DNA of 64,000 bases from Harriotta raleighana (lineage: Eukaryota). The stretch is taken from the NCBI GenBank assembly GCA_050575255.1, contig JBNZDD010013707.1:2298954-2362953 (forward strand), read 5' to 3'. How positions within the stretch are numbered: position 1 is the first letter of the stretch; every line of letters starts with the position of its first letter. Positions 10,790-23,348 of the stretch are shown in pieces. The notes below the pieces were generated by a model, which saw only the letters and a program-made list of their open reading frames with translations, had not been told where the DNA came from and searched no databases. Position numbers and translations under genes: made by a program.

Positions 10790-11240
10790 CCACCATGAAA
10801 GGTGTGATGTAAGTGTAAATTGTTATGAATTGGAGATTGTGGAGATCAGGGCTGTTCAGGTGGTTGAATGAGGTGTTAATTGAGGTCTTGGTTGACCCCA
10901 CTTTTCCAATTGAGTAGCGTGAGTGTACCCGGAGACTGGTAAGAGCGGTACATGTTTGTATTTCAGGAGAGACAAGGTGAGATGTGAAAATGTAAACAAG
11001 CATAGAGTAAGGATGTTAGAAGAAAGAGCAGCGAATTGGGATTAGNGGTACATGTTTGTATTTCAGGAGAGACAAGGTGAGATGTGAAAATGTAAACTTG
11101 TATACAAGCATAGAGTAAGGATGTTAGAAGAAAGAGCAGCGAATTGGGATTAGGATAGATGGCTTCTTGGAGGAGCAGGCACTGATGTGAAATATGGGCT
11201 GAATGGCTTACCCCAGTCGTACATTTCTAGCATTTTATGT
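10790..11240 (+). mobile_element. Degraded CR1 3' fragment containing an artefactual duplication around the N at 11046
   Basis: CR1-type terminus ATGGGCTGAATGGCTTACCCC...CATTTCTAGCATTTTATGT. Confidence 0.6.
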
Positions 11241-14200
11241 ATCTTCCCCTTTCAAGCTAGACTACCTTGCTCTGTCATTTTAATGAATCGCCAACTGTCT
11301 TTGCAGCTGAGGGACATTGGTTGGATAGAGCCCAAGTAATGTTTCTAAGAGCCCTATGAGGTGTGTTTGGGCACTCCCAAATAAGCTCCTTTTGGGCAGG
11401 GCTCCAAATCTGTCCAGATCACAGAATTTCTCATCTGACTGGGGTCACAAGGATAGTCTAGGAAATGGAGCAAGACAGACTGTTGCAGTAGGAGGTTGCA
11501 CTTCTGTGATTTGGATTAAGGGACATTGCAACAGAGCAGATGGAGTTTCATTTGAAGCCTGACTAGTCCTGGACCTGGCATTTGTCACCAAATTGAAGAA
11601 ACAAATCATTCTTCTAAGGCTCAGCACCACGAGCACCTGTTTGATATGTATAATGTTTGGTTCGGTATCAATACCATTGATGGGCATAAATAAACACATT
11701 TAGGCACATATGCAATATATCTATTTGCCATCCTCATCTCAGTGTTATTTTTGTGTGATTTACTCCCTCAGCTTGTGTTGATCTAATTCTATTATATACC
11801 TTTGGATATCCCCTAAGCGGGCGATTGTTTATCTGTGGGGTTGATGTCTGCTCGGAGGGTGGGAGGGTTGTACTGTATCTCATTTCTTTCCACTCCAGTA
11901 CATACTCTTTGGTTGACTTTGCCAATACCTGCTTTGGCTGCAGGCTGGACAGCCTTGCCTTCTGGTTGAGGGAGATGGTGGGTGTGGACGTATTTGGGAG
12001 GTATGTTTGTGAACTTCAGAAGCTGAAATCCACCAACATGAAGAGAAAGTCATTTTGAGTGCAAATGTGCATTTGAACTACTTGATGTATATTAATGAAT
12101 ACATTATCTTAATGTTTTTAAAATCTGTTACAATATGTTAATATACTTCCAGTCCTCATTTAAAATGCATTAGATATTTTATTATCTTTTACACCACCTG
12201 TAGTGCATCAACCAATTTTTTTTTTAAAATGTTTTGAGTTTAAGTTTATTTGGTGCAGTAGCCATTGTAGGAATTTGCTTTGGTGCTTCTGAACTTATCC
12301 ATGTACCTGTAGATTGTTTGTGGGACATTGCTGTACACAACTGAATATCTTCTTGACATGAAAAGCGCTATATAAATACAATTTGTTGTTGATGTAATTT
12401 TACAGCATACATTCTTAGAATAAACTATTTTATATTCTTTTGTTAGTTGATGTCTTTTACAAATAATTTCACTGTGGTGTTTTCTTGGTTACTTGTTAGC
12501 TATCTACAGATGATGGTTTTATCATTGAGTGTAAGGTTGTCTGTTCCTTTTACATGCTTTCTATGGACAGGTGAATTTTCATGGTTTTTAGGGAGCTTCC
12601 TGGATATGGTAAATGAGGGAGTATCAGAACCCATATGGAGAGGGAGTAAATAACTTTCTTTAAGTGGTCTCTTTTAATTGGCGAATCCACATCAACATCC
12701 ATAGCCAAATTGTCCCATGAAATCTCTTTATTCTTCACATGTCAAGAACATTCACTAGCTTTACACAACAAATACCACTACTGGCACCGTGGAGAGTTAA
12801 ACTTGTGAGGGAAGAATGAACCTCATTTACAACTTTATCACGTTGGTGAGATGCTTCACAGAATATATTGTAGTGAATTGACTATATGTCTTGGACTTCT
12901 CATCTTAAGCTTGTATGTTAGTTTTGTGTGGAGTGCACTACCATCCAAAGAGTCTCAGGGCACGATAAGAGAGACATTGATTTCAAGTGCTGTTTGGTTT
13001 GGGTTAAAAACAAAAGACTTTCTGTTCCTGGCATATTCCTGCAGTTGTTAACCCAACTGCTGCACAACTGACCTGTGCTCTTCTATTGCAACTGAGTACA
13101 ATGATAGGAAAAGGTCAGTCTTGAGGAGATCTGTGGGCAAAAACACTTAGGATGTCATCTGTGAACTTTTCCATTTTTTTTAGATAAAAGAATCCTTCAG
13201 GCATTATGGAAGCTGCTGTATGCTTGAGACTTTTAAAATCTTACACCTGAACGACTTGTCGAATGCAGTATCAGGTTTTGTTTTTTGACCTCCACATGAA
13301 AGGCATAGAATCTAATTGTGGTTAAAATGGTACAGCTAAGAAATCGAGAACGTTCTATATAAATATAACTCGTTCACCTAACCAAATGCTAATTGCATTT
13401 TGGAAGGGTATGGAGTGGGGGCTATCAAAGCTAAATCGGGGCTCAGAAGATGAGACTAAATAGAATCTGCATGTCGCGTGTCTGACATGAGCTGAATTAA
13501 CACTGACACTGAATCACTGAAGTGGCATCCCATGGGTTTAGAGATGGTGCTGGCTTCAGCCTCATCTTTGCTGAATTATTCATCAATTCTCTTTAAAAGC
13601 CATAGTACCCTTTACTTGTTAACTGATGAAATGAGAAGAACATTGCTTCCTCCATAAATATCAACGAGAAATATTTTCACACTTGGATCAGTCTCAGATA
13701 CAGTATATGCTCCCTCCTAGAATAACAATAAAAATGAAAATGTCAGTTGTAATTATGTTGCACTTAACACTCATTATATAAAATGAGTTACACCAATGTT
13801 TACTAGTTATTTATTGTCTTCCCCTTCCATTTTCTTTACGTTTACAATCAACTTGATTTTAGTGTTGAAAAACTTACAATTAAAAATTTTGAATAAATAT
13901 TCTTTACATTTTTATATAGTCAGGATGACATCTCAATATGCTTCCGTGTAAAGTGGAGTAACATTATTTTGTAAGCAAACACAAGAGCCCATCAGTGCAC
14001 ACATCAAGGTCCCAGAGTCATGAAAAGAATGATCAANTTGATCTTTTTTCAGCTAGTGCCATTGGATCTGTAATGTTCACCTGAACATCCAGACAGGATC
14101 TTGGACAGCACTTCCAAGAATGCAACAACGACCAGCATTGAATTGGAGCATTAAGTGTTTTACAGCTTAAAGTATAAGTTTGCAATTGCTGGACAACTAA

Positions 14201-14427
14201 AACAGTAGAAAGTGAGAATTTACTTTAAAAGCAGAGTTTTTTGATCTGAATATTTCATGGAATCTGAGGCAGAGAATCTGCTAACGTTAGATTCTATTTA
14301 AAGTATATTGAATAGACCACTACATTTAAATTGAGTTTTGAGCCAAATCATTATTTGTTCTTCAGGTCTGTTATATACCACGTTATTACATGGGCATCTT
14401 TAGAAGTTAAACTTTCAACACCCCAAA

Positions 14428-15070
14428 TAAATAATAATAATGCTTACATTTTGTACAGTGCCTTTCATATCAGGAGATGTTTCAAAGTGCTCCACGAGAT
14501 ATTATGCTATTACTGTGTATCTTGTGAATGTGGCCGCCAATTTGCACGCAGCAACAACAACAAAATTACACTTGTATAGCGCCTTTCACATCGGGAGGAC
14601 GTCCCAAAGCGCTGAGCACTATCCCATGAACAGCTATGAAATGAATGCCCAGTTTTATTTGGAGAATTGTTGGCCAGGGCACCGGAGGGAAACAAAACAA
14701 TCATGAGAATCTCTCTTCTCTTTTCGGATAGTGCCATGAAATCTTTTAACGCCCATTGAACAGGCAGACTTGGTTTAACGTCTTTTATGAAGGACGGCAC
14801 CTCTAACAATGCAACTGTCCCCCAGCACTGCACTGAGTCAATTTAGACTATCTGAAGGATCGTGGATCTGAAACGTTGACTCACTTTCCTCTCTCCATAG
14901 ATGCTGCCTGCTGAGTGTTCCCAGCGATTTCTGTTTAGTTTCAGATTTCCAACAACTGCAGTATTTCGCGTTTTTGTTTCGAGTATCTGAGTTTGAATTG
15001 TTGAAATGTAGCTTGAACCCACAACATTCTGATTCAAAAGGCAAGTGTGCAACCACTGATCTAGGCTAGG
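14428..15070 (-). mobile_element. DeuSINE with a nested L2 tail (~14553-14615) and a Penelope-like insert (~14850-14978)
   Basis: Antisense Deu domain GATAGTGCCATGAAATCTTTTAACGCCCATTGAACAGGCAGACTTGGTTTAACGTCT...GGACGGCACCTCTAACAATGCA; head CTTGAACCCACAACATTCTGATTCA...AACCACTGA. Confidence 0.8.
14850..14978 (+). mobile_element. Penelope-like element terminal fragment (shark type)
   Basis: CTGAAGGATCGTGGATCTGAAACGTTGAC...CTCTCCATAGATGCTGCCTGCTGAGTGTTCCCAGC...TTCAGATTTCCAACAACTGCAGT resembles the abundant chondrichthyan PLE-derived repeat (recalled consensus). Confidence 0.65.
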
Positions 15071-16233
15071 ACACTTGCCTTTTTCTGAGCACTGTGAGGC
15101 CAAATACTAACTGGGTAGTAAATGTATTAAGGTGTGGATTATAACAATAAACCATTGGGATTAAAAGATCTGATGAAATCTAATACACTGGTAGACTAGT
15201 CTTGTTAGCTGAATGGTCTTCTCTTAATCCTTATGTTCCAAAAATAAAATAACTCTACGCAGATAAACAATAAACATTTGAGTAATACAAACTGACAATG
15301 AAATTTTAGCCAAAGGAGCTATGAGTGTGCTCTGGATTTACAATTTCTATAGATAATGACTATAATTTGTCTTTGTTTTAAAATCTCCACATTAAAACAA
15401 TAATACCCTTAATTCTGTTTGGAGGAGGAGAGATGGAGGGAGGATAAACATGGGAGGATACCATTGTTTTAAGAAGTAGACTTTGTTGCAATGCTACTTT
15501 GGTTGGATGATCTTCCCCAATATGTTGTGTTTAAGACTGACCTGTACCATAAGCAAAATTGCTTGGTCATCAATGGCATTTTATTCTCATCAAACACAGT
15601 CATTCCCCTGTACAGTATCGCAAAGTGCACTGTATAGTGTTTGTAACTTGAAAAGCATTACAGTACTGTTTATCAAACTAGGATTACTAAAACTGAACTC
15701 TGCCATTTTCAGTTTTGTTTGATGTTAGTAGCTCCTTGTTTTGAAAACTAAAATCTAAATTTTATGGAGGTTTCCCACTGATAAACACCCAAGACATCTG
15801 CACACGCTGTTTTTTTCAAATTACGTGTGGAAGTGTGACAGTCTTAATGTGAACTTGTTTCCTGGAAGGTTATGTTGCTGGCAACGTTGGACACATGCAA
15901 TTCTTTGAAGAATTTAATCTCTAGGTTTAAAGTGGAAATGTAGAGTTAGCAGAAGCAACCGAGAAAGATCCATAGTGCATATAATTTAAAGATCATTTGT
16001 ACAGCTGAGATGAAAGTGTTGGGTCTTCTGGGTCTCATACAAGCTTCTCTTGTACTAATCGCCTGTTTGCTTAACGTTTCCCATCCGGACTAAATTCCTA
16101 ATGAATAGACAGAGCATTGAATAGATAGAACATTCAGCACAAACAGTCCTGTCACCATCCTCAGCACAACCTTTAGCTCTTTTTCAAGGCAATTGCTATG
16201 CATTTTACACAAGTCGGTGTATTGTTGAATGTT

Positions 16234-17105
16234 CAGCCTGGCCCAGTGGTAGCTCATTTGCTTTCAAGTCGGAAAGTTGTGGTTTCAAGGTCGGTAATAA
16301 TACTAAAATAATAATGATAATTATAATAATCCTTGCATTTGAAATAGTGCTGTTCACGTCTTCCAGTTCACGTCTTCCAGACATCTCAAAGAACTTCACA
16401 GAATCAATCAACCAATCAAAATTTTATTTATATAGCGCCTTTCACGTCGGGAGGATGTCCCAAGGCGCTGTACAATCAAGTAGGGGGGGCGGGCTCAGGG
16501 AAAGGAATAGTAAAAATTGACTGTATATTTATGGGCGAAACGCGGCAGCCAAATTGCGCACAGCAGTGTATCACAAACACACGCAGAAATGGGGGAAAAA
16601 GGAGGGGGAAAAAATGGCAAGGGGGGAGAGATGGAGGGAAAAGCGGGGTGGGGTAAAATCAGGGAGGAAAAAGGGGGGAAAAAGGGGGACAAGGGGGAAA
16701 TCAGGGAGGGCAAAGAGGGAGAAATGTTGGCAAGGGGGAAGAGGGAATGAAGGGTGGGTAGGAGGCAAAACCAGGGAGAAAGGGGGGGAAGAGGGAGGAA
16801 AGGAAAGAATATCCTGTAAAAGGAAAATGGCTATGTATGAGGGTGATATCAGTCGAGATATAAGATCACATAGTGTTAAATTGACTCCCGTGTCCTAGCC
16901 AACAACTCTCCCGAATAAAATTGGGCATTCACTTCATGGCGATTGTTGGGGCATTGCTGTGTGGAAATGGGTTGCTGCATTTACCCATCAATATATAGTC
17001 ACTGCACTTCATAATAAATCCTGTGAAGCGCTTTGGGACATCTTAACTATATAAACATCACTTTACAAAGTGCAAGGATTACAGTATTACAGTATATCAT
17101 TATTA
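16234..17105. mobile_element. Nested cluster: DeuSINE head and 3' part (+), SINE tail (-), L2 tail (-), and a purine-rich low-complexity tract at 16588-16810
   Basis: Family motifs as in the other copies; G/A-dominated tract. Confidence 0.7.
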
Positions 17106-19224
17106 ACTGAAGTCATGAGGCACAAGAGGATAAAATGGAACCAGGTCCACTGAACCCTCCTATCCCCATTGCAGAAAAGTAAAGCATTGACCTAAGAATT
17201 CTCCCTCATAACCACCAAAATGTCTTTGATACTATACATTTATTCATAGAGAAAATTGTTCAAATAGCACTTGACAACTGAAGTACTTCAAGATGGCCTG
17301 AGCAAGTAGAACATCACACTTTCTGTTTCTGCGGCATAGGGAAGGTTGAATGTACAACAGATTTTTTGATGATCTTCTGTAGCTTCCATCTTGCTCATTT
17401 AATGGAAGAGGTTTATGCTTCACATGCAAAGCACCTGCCCAGCCTTCCATGTCAGTAGTCTGACCTGATTGTATGCGAGCAGCTGCTTCAGTTTGTGTTT
17501 GTAACCTTGCTACTTCTGCTTCATTTGAGATCCGCACGCTGCAATCCCCAGTCAAAGCAATAAGGATGTATTTTCAATTGTTGCAGCATGTACAGTAATA
17601 ATAATCCTTGCATTTGACATAGCACCTCACCACATCTTCGAGGCATGTCAAAGCGCCTCACAATAAACTGTAAAGTGTAGCGATCCCATATAACACTGAG
17701 TGGGGGATGATCAGTTGCTGAAAATAGCAGCACTTGGGATAAACGCTTGATTTCCTATCATATGATGATTGTGTGTGTAGCATTCTTATCGCAAAGAGCA
17801 ATTCTGCTTGGGTGCCCATCTGTTAGGAATTCCACGAGTTTGGCATCTGAGCAAGCACCTTCCCATGTGATCAGCCACCTGGACTCCGAGATCAGTTAAT
17901 TACAAACTTTTAGGACTCTTTCCACCCCCCCCTCTTTCTCTCCTCCCACCCCCACTCTCCCTTCCAGGCAATTTAAACTCCAACATGAATTTTGTGACCA
18001 CAGCGAGGAAGAAAGAAAGTCAGATGACCTGCTCGAGAGAAACGAAAACCAATCCGTTTGAAAAAAAACCTTGTGCATTTCATTTTCTGAAAGCACGTCT
18101 GTCATTTCAGCGATTAACTTTCATCACGCTGTATAATGTTTTTTTAATGCACTGTCATCTCATCTGAAGGATCATTTTCCCTGTCTGCCTCGAAAGGTCT
18201 TTCGGAGTTAAAGAAGGATATCTTTGGTCTTTTTCATATAACTTTTTATATCTCAAAGGATATATAAAATGTAAACTATAAATGGGTTCAGGAACAGAGA
18301 TAATTCTGAGATGTTTGACACCATCCCAACCCTCCCAACCCCCCCAAAAAAACCTCTTTGAAATAGAGACAGCTCTTGCCTTGTGAGAAATATCACAGTA
18401 AGATATATATCAAGGATTTTCTGGGATAAAATGTTCCATGGCAACCCTATGCTACACCCATACTTTTTATTTTATGTAAATGAATCTAATTCACCATCCT
18501 TTAAAATCTATGCTAAAAGTATGAATTGGCCATGTTCTAGAATATTTCTGTATGTTGACTAATCATCGAGTTTGTTAATTTTATCCTCTCAAAGAAACCA
18601 CCAAATTTCAGAAAGGTGTTTACAGTGTTTATTCAGCCATTTAAATTTCCATTCCAGGCTTTGAATGCATGCTCTATTCTATTACAGATGTAGATGGGCA
18701 GTGATCTCCTCACAGATACTGTAACCAGCATCTCGGCTTTAGAGATGAATGAAAGAGGTCAAGCCTCCCTCTGTTTTTCTCTCACCCAACCCCACCCCAT
18801 CACACATTCTCTCCTCCCTCAGGTTGAAAACACATTGTGCAGTGAATCTGTGCAGTTAATTCTGAAGTCTTTCACTGATGTATGCTGCTTCCAATTTAAC
18901 ACCCTTGATCAGTTGTAAATGTTTTGCCCCTCATTTTTACGCCATTCCACTCAAGCTCACATTGTCTGTAATTTTGGTCAATAGCAAGTTGTTTTCAGAT
19001 ATGAATTTGTCAGTATAACAGGGAGGTGAAATACTGGGGAATGTGTGGGGCTCTGTGGAGGGAAATGGGACGGAGGTTTGTATCAGTTTGTTGGAATAAT
19101 TTCCTTCTCAAGAGAAGCAATGTAAAATCTTAATTCAAGATGTGCTTGGCAGACAAGTCAGAAGTGACTTGTAAATACTTTAGCAGAAATATGCTGTTGC
19201 TTTTTTTTTGAAATTGTGAAATTG

Positions 19225-20436
19225 TTGATTTGGAAAATGGTTGTTTTTCTGACTGGAGGGAAGTTTGCAGCGGTGTCTTAGGGATCGGTATTGGGATCAC
19301 TGCTTTTTTTGATCTATATAAATGACCTAGACCTGGATATAGGGAGTATAATTTCCAAATGTAGAAGTCCTGCAGCTCAGTGGTTAGAGCGCTCGCCTCG
19401 CAACCTGGTTCAATTCCTGGCAGGGAGAAACCTTGGGCAAGTTTCCTTACTCTACATGCCTGATAATAGAGAAAATAGAAACAATAATAATTTGGTCACT
19501 TAATGCATGCATGACTGTTTGTGGGACACTGCTGTGCTCAATTGGATGCCACGTTTTGCCAATTCACTTGACTATATAATTTTTGAAGTGCTTTGAGACT
19601 ACAAGATGAGATAGTCAGACAGGTAAAATAGGGAGGCACACAACAGATGAATTTTAATGTGGAAAATGCAGAGTGATATGTTTTGGGAGGAAGAATGAGG
19701 AGAGGCAATATAAGATAGAATCTTAAAGGGGGTGAAGAAACAGAGATACCTATGGGTTCATATAAGTTAATCATGAAGGTGACAGGACAGGTAGATAAGG
19801 CTTTTTTAAAAAAAAGCATACTGGATACTGTACTAGGCTTTATGAGTTGTAGCATAGAATACATAAGTCAGGAGGTTATGATGAATCTTTATTAAACCTA
19901 AGCGAACTGTATTCAGTTCTGTGCACCACATTTTAGGTAAGATATCAAGAAATTGGAGAGGGTGATATTTATTAGGATGGAACCAGGAATGAGGGACTAC
20001 AGTTATCAGTAGAGGCTGTAGAAGCTAGGATTACTCTCCTTGGAGTAGAGAAGGTTAAAAGGAGACTTCATAGAAGTTTAAAAAATTGAGAAGATTTGAT
20101 AAGGTGAACAAGGAGAAACTATTTCCACCGGTGGGTAGGTCGATAACTTGAGGACACCAATTTAAAATAGTTGTTCAAAGAAATAGAAGGGAGGTGAAGA
20201 GCATGTTTTTCAAACAGCGGGTAGTTCAGATCTGGAATGTAGTGTCTGAAAGGATGGTGAAAGCTGACACAACAGCAACTTTTAAGAGAAAAGTTTATCA
20301 TTCTTTGTGAGGACAAGTTTGCAGGGCTATGGGAGAGCGCGGGCAGATGGGATTGATTTGTACAGCTCTTTTCAAAGAGCCGACATAGACACTATGGGAC
20401 AAATGGCCACGTTCTGTGCTGTATAATTCTATGATT
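19225..20436 (+). mobile_element. CR1 LINE, 3' ~1 kb (degraded RT C-terminus and tail), interrupted by a SINE
   Basis: Relic peptide GSVLGSLLFLIYINDLDLDIGSIISK (RT motif region); CR1 terminus ATGGGACAAATGGCCACGTTCTGTGCTGTATAATTCTATGATT. Confidence 0.9.
19367..19600 (+). mobile_element. tRNA-derived SINE inserted in the CR1
   Basis: GTCCTGCAGCTCAGTGGTTAGAGCGCTCGCCTCGCAA...CCTTGGGCAAGTTTCCTTACTC. Confidence 0.85.
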
Positions 20437-21312
20437 TGGAACAGGATGACAGTGGACAGTGAGAATCGCAATGCATTAAAACTATGGGCATTGATTAAAT
20501 AAGCATCATTTTATCAGAGAAATCACTGAGCACAATTCTCCTTTTTGCTCTGTGAAAAGTGTATTTGCCTTATTTGCAAAGCAGTAAAAGTTTACATAAT
20601 CGACTGTCTGTATGAGAGATTGAGATACGTCCATTAGAGTTGGCCAAAATAAATTTAGCATGACCCTTTTCCCCTGAGGAGTGTAGGTCAGATGGCACTA
20701 ATAATACCAATAATTCTTGGGGCTTGGATTTATTCTATTTATATGGATTTTAAAACTCCAGAAATTGGTAAGTTCTTATATACAGCCTTAATTTTGAAGC
20801 GATTTTTTTTCTTTTGAGATATTTTAAGAACTACCAGAACTGCCTTAAATGAAGACAAATTGCCACAAACTGTATGCTCTAAAATGCTACATAAACAGCA
20901 AATTCCACCTCAATCCAGGAATTTCTCCCGAGTTAAATTTTTTTAAACCACTTGGATATATTTTTATTTCAACACCCACAATAATTATCTTGAATTCTGC
21001 ACAAATGTGATTTTGTTTTGTGTTTTTGTTTTTCTATCTCTCAACAGCTCAGTGGATAATTGTGTAATTATTTTTAATGTCTAATGATCAACTGGAATGA
21101 AAACCCTGGTAATTAACTTGTTATAGGAGGTGCGTTCCCAAAGAATCCAATTACAAAGCAGCTCCTTACCCAATGCACGTTGTGAAAGCCTGACCTCGTA
21201 TTCTCAAAGCTCCTTCGGATATTGTATGTTTAGGATATATGGTACTGAAAAATGTAAAGTAATTATTGGCAATTATAATGATGTCATTCAAAGTCTTTTT
21301 TTAGTCTCATTG

Positions 21313-21590
21313 GAGCACTGCATTGTTGGAGGTGGTGTCATCTTTCAAATGAGCCGTTAAACTGAGGTTCTGTCTACCTGTTTAGATGGATTTAAACATC
21401 CCGTGGCTCTGTCCAAAAATTGAACAGAGTTTTTTAATGGAATCCTGGCCATCAATCCCACAAATAAAAAAAAGTGTTCATTCACTTCATGGTTATTTGT
21501 GGGACATTACGGAGTAAAATTGGGTGGGTCCTGCGATTGCCTACAAATAGCCACTGTACTTTACACAAATTTGTGTGAAATGCTTTGATG
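21313..21590 (+). mobile_element. DeuSINE fragment
   Basis: Deu domain CACTGCATTGTTGGAGGTGGTGTCATCTTTCAAATGAGCCGTTAAACTGAGG. Confidence 0.75.
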
Positions 21591-22744
21591 TGTTTATATT
21601 TAATTACAACGATTATCATCTTTACTCACACAAAGAGCTCTTCCGTGAATAAATATGAAATACTTAATTTACCTTTCAGATCTTCACGACTCTCACGTGC
21701 CTTTGATGCTCGCAAGTTACTTAGACTTTGCTTATTCCTGCAATCTGCAACACAAAGAACACTCTTATCCTGGAACATTGAGATTTGTTTGAGTAGCAAT
21801 CCAAAAGGCTTCAAAATAGATTTTTTATTTCGAACCAGATTCGAGTTACAGGTTTGAAATTACATTCAGGTTTCCGACTGTGCACTCAGAACCCTGAATG
21901 CACAATAACACTGTTCACCTCTCTCACCATTAGTTGCCTGTTTACAGATTTTGAAACACACCAGCTGCTGTGTTGAAATGAAGGCGAGGGAGCACCAGAA
22001 GTCAGTTGTGTGCAGAGCATTTTTGACTTGTATCTTTTCAAACAAATACTGTAATATGTTTGAATGTTAAAATGTGCAGTGTGTGTATGCGTTTGTGTGA
22101 GAGGCGGAGGGGGGCAAAGCAAGAAAAAAAAAGTAAGATGAAAATCCATTTGCAATAGCCTGGATACAAATTGAATAGTGCTATTCGCTATTATTGTCCT
22201 GTGGATATGAATTGATTCAAGGCTCAGAAATAGTAAGCTTCCTTATTCTCTTTGAATTTGTGAATCAATCCTGGCCTAACAAAGGACTCACAAAAATATT
22301 TTTCTGATCATTTATTGTAAAATCAAATGTTCCCGTGTGTTTCAGAATGGATGATCGAAAACTGTCTTGCGTTAACTAAAGTACGCATCTCTATTCAGCA
22401 ATTGTAAGAGAAGCATTTGACTTTGTATATGTGTAGAAATATCTTTATTGATATTAAGATATGATGAACCATTCTGGAAAATTTCTCCCCTCATGAGATA
22501 TATTGAAGGGTATATAATTTGTAAACGTGTACTTGTACAAGTTGAATTTGAAGGTGAATCATGGGCTATGAATGGTGCAGTGCAAGTTGGTTGCAGTCTG
22601 GCTTTTAACTTCATGAGTCCAGACAAAGATTGAAAGTTTCATCTTTGTTCTGCCTCAAAACATTTACCATGGACACGTTTTCTAAACATTGTGAACCCTG
22701 TGTTTAATCATTATACTTCGCACCACATGTTTCTGGTCCTATTA

Positions 22745-23342
22745 CAGTAAAAGACTGTTTATCCAGATCCATGGGACCTGGCCAGTGCCAGTTAGACGGC
22801 TTTCTGATTGACGGTTTAAAAAATAATTAAAAATAATTAAAAATTATTTTAATAAATACCATATTAATAATAGATTAAATAGTAACAGATAATAACAATA
22901 TTGTATGGGTACTTTATTGTAAATGTTGTACACTGTACCATATAATTAAGACTAAATACAGTAATAACAGATACTGTAATAACGGAATATTGTATGGATA
23001 TTTTCTTGTAAATATTGTACACTGTACCATATAAATAATAGACCAAATACACTAATAACACATACTATAATAACAGAATATTGTATTAGTACTTTATTTT
23101 TCATACTTAACTTCTGCAATGGCGGCTGCCATGGGAGGGAAAAAAAACTGCAGCGCGATTTTCAGGCTGTCCTCACAGCAAGCCGACATACCTGCATAGT
23201 ACTTACGTGCAACAATCGATTCATTAAATGCGCCACCGCTATTCTGCCGGATAAGTTCCGGTTTATCAAATTGGGACTTTTTTATATGCCAGTTATATGG
23301 GTCTTCCAGTTCATCGGGTCACGGATAAATAGGCTTTTACTG
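22745..23342 (+). mobile_element. Tc1-mariner (pogo/Tigger-like) MITE, family B, 598 bp
   Basis: TA|CAGTAAAAGACTGTTTATCC...GGATAAATAGGCTTTTACTG|TA: imperfect TIRs with TA TSD; internal ~90-bp tandem duplication. Confidence 0.9.
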
Positions 23343-23348
23343 TATATT

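Noticed and set aside
11619-11640. TCAGCACCACG, left half of a REST/RE1 site
   Set aside because: The right half GGACAG is absent.
12550-12738. Protein-looking minus-strand ORF (KNKEISWDNLAMDVDVDSP...)
   Set aside because: No convincing splice sites and no recognisable homology.
16495-16898. Gly/Lys/Glu-rich and Pro/Phe-rich ORFs
   Set aside because: Purine-rich low-complexity tract within nested repeats.
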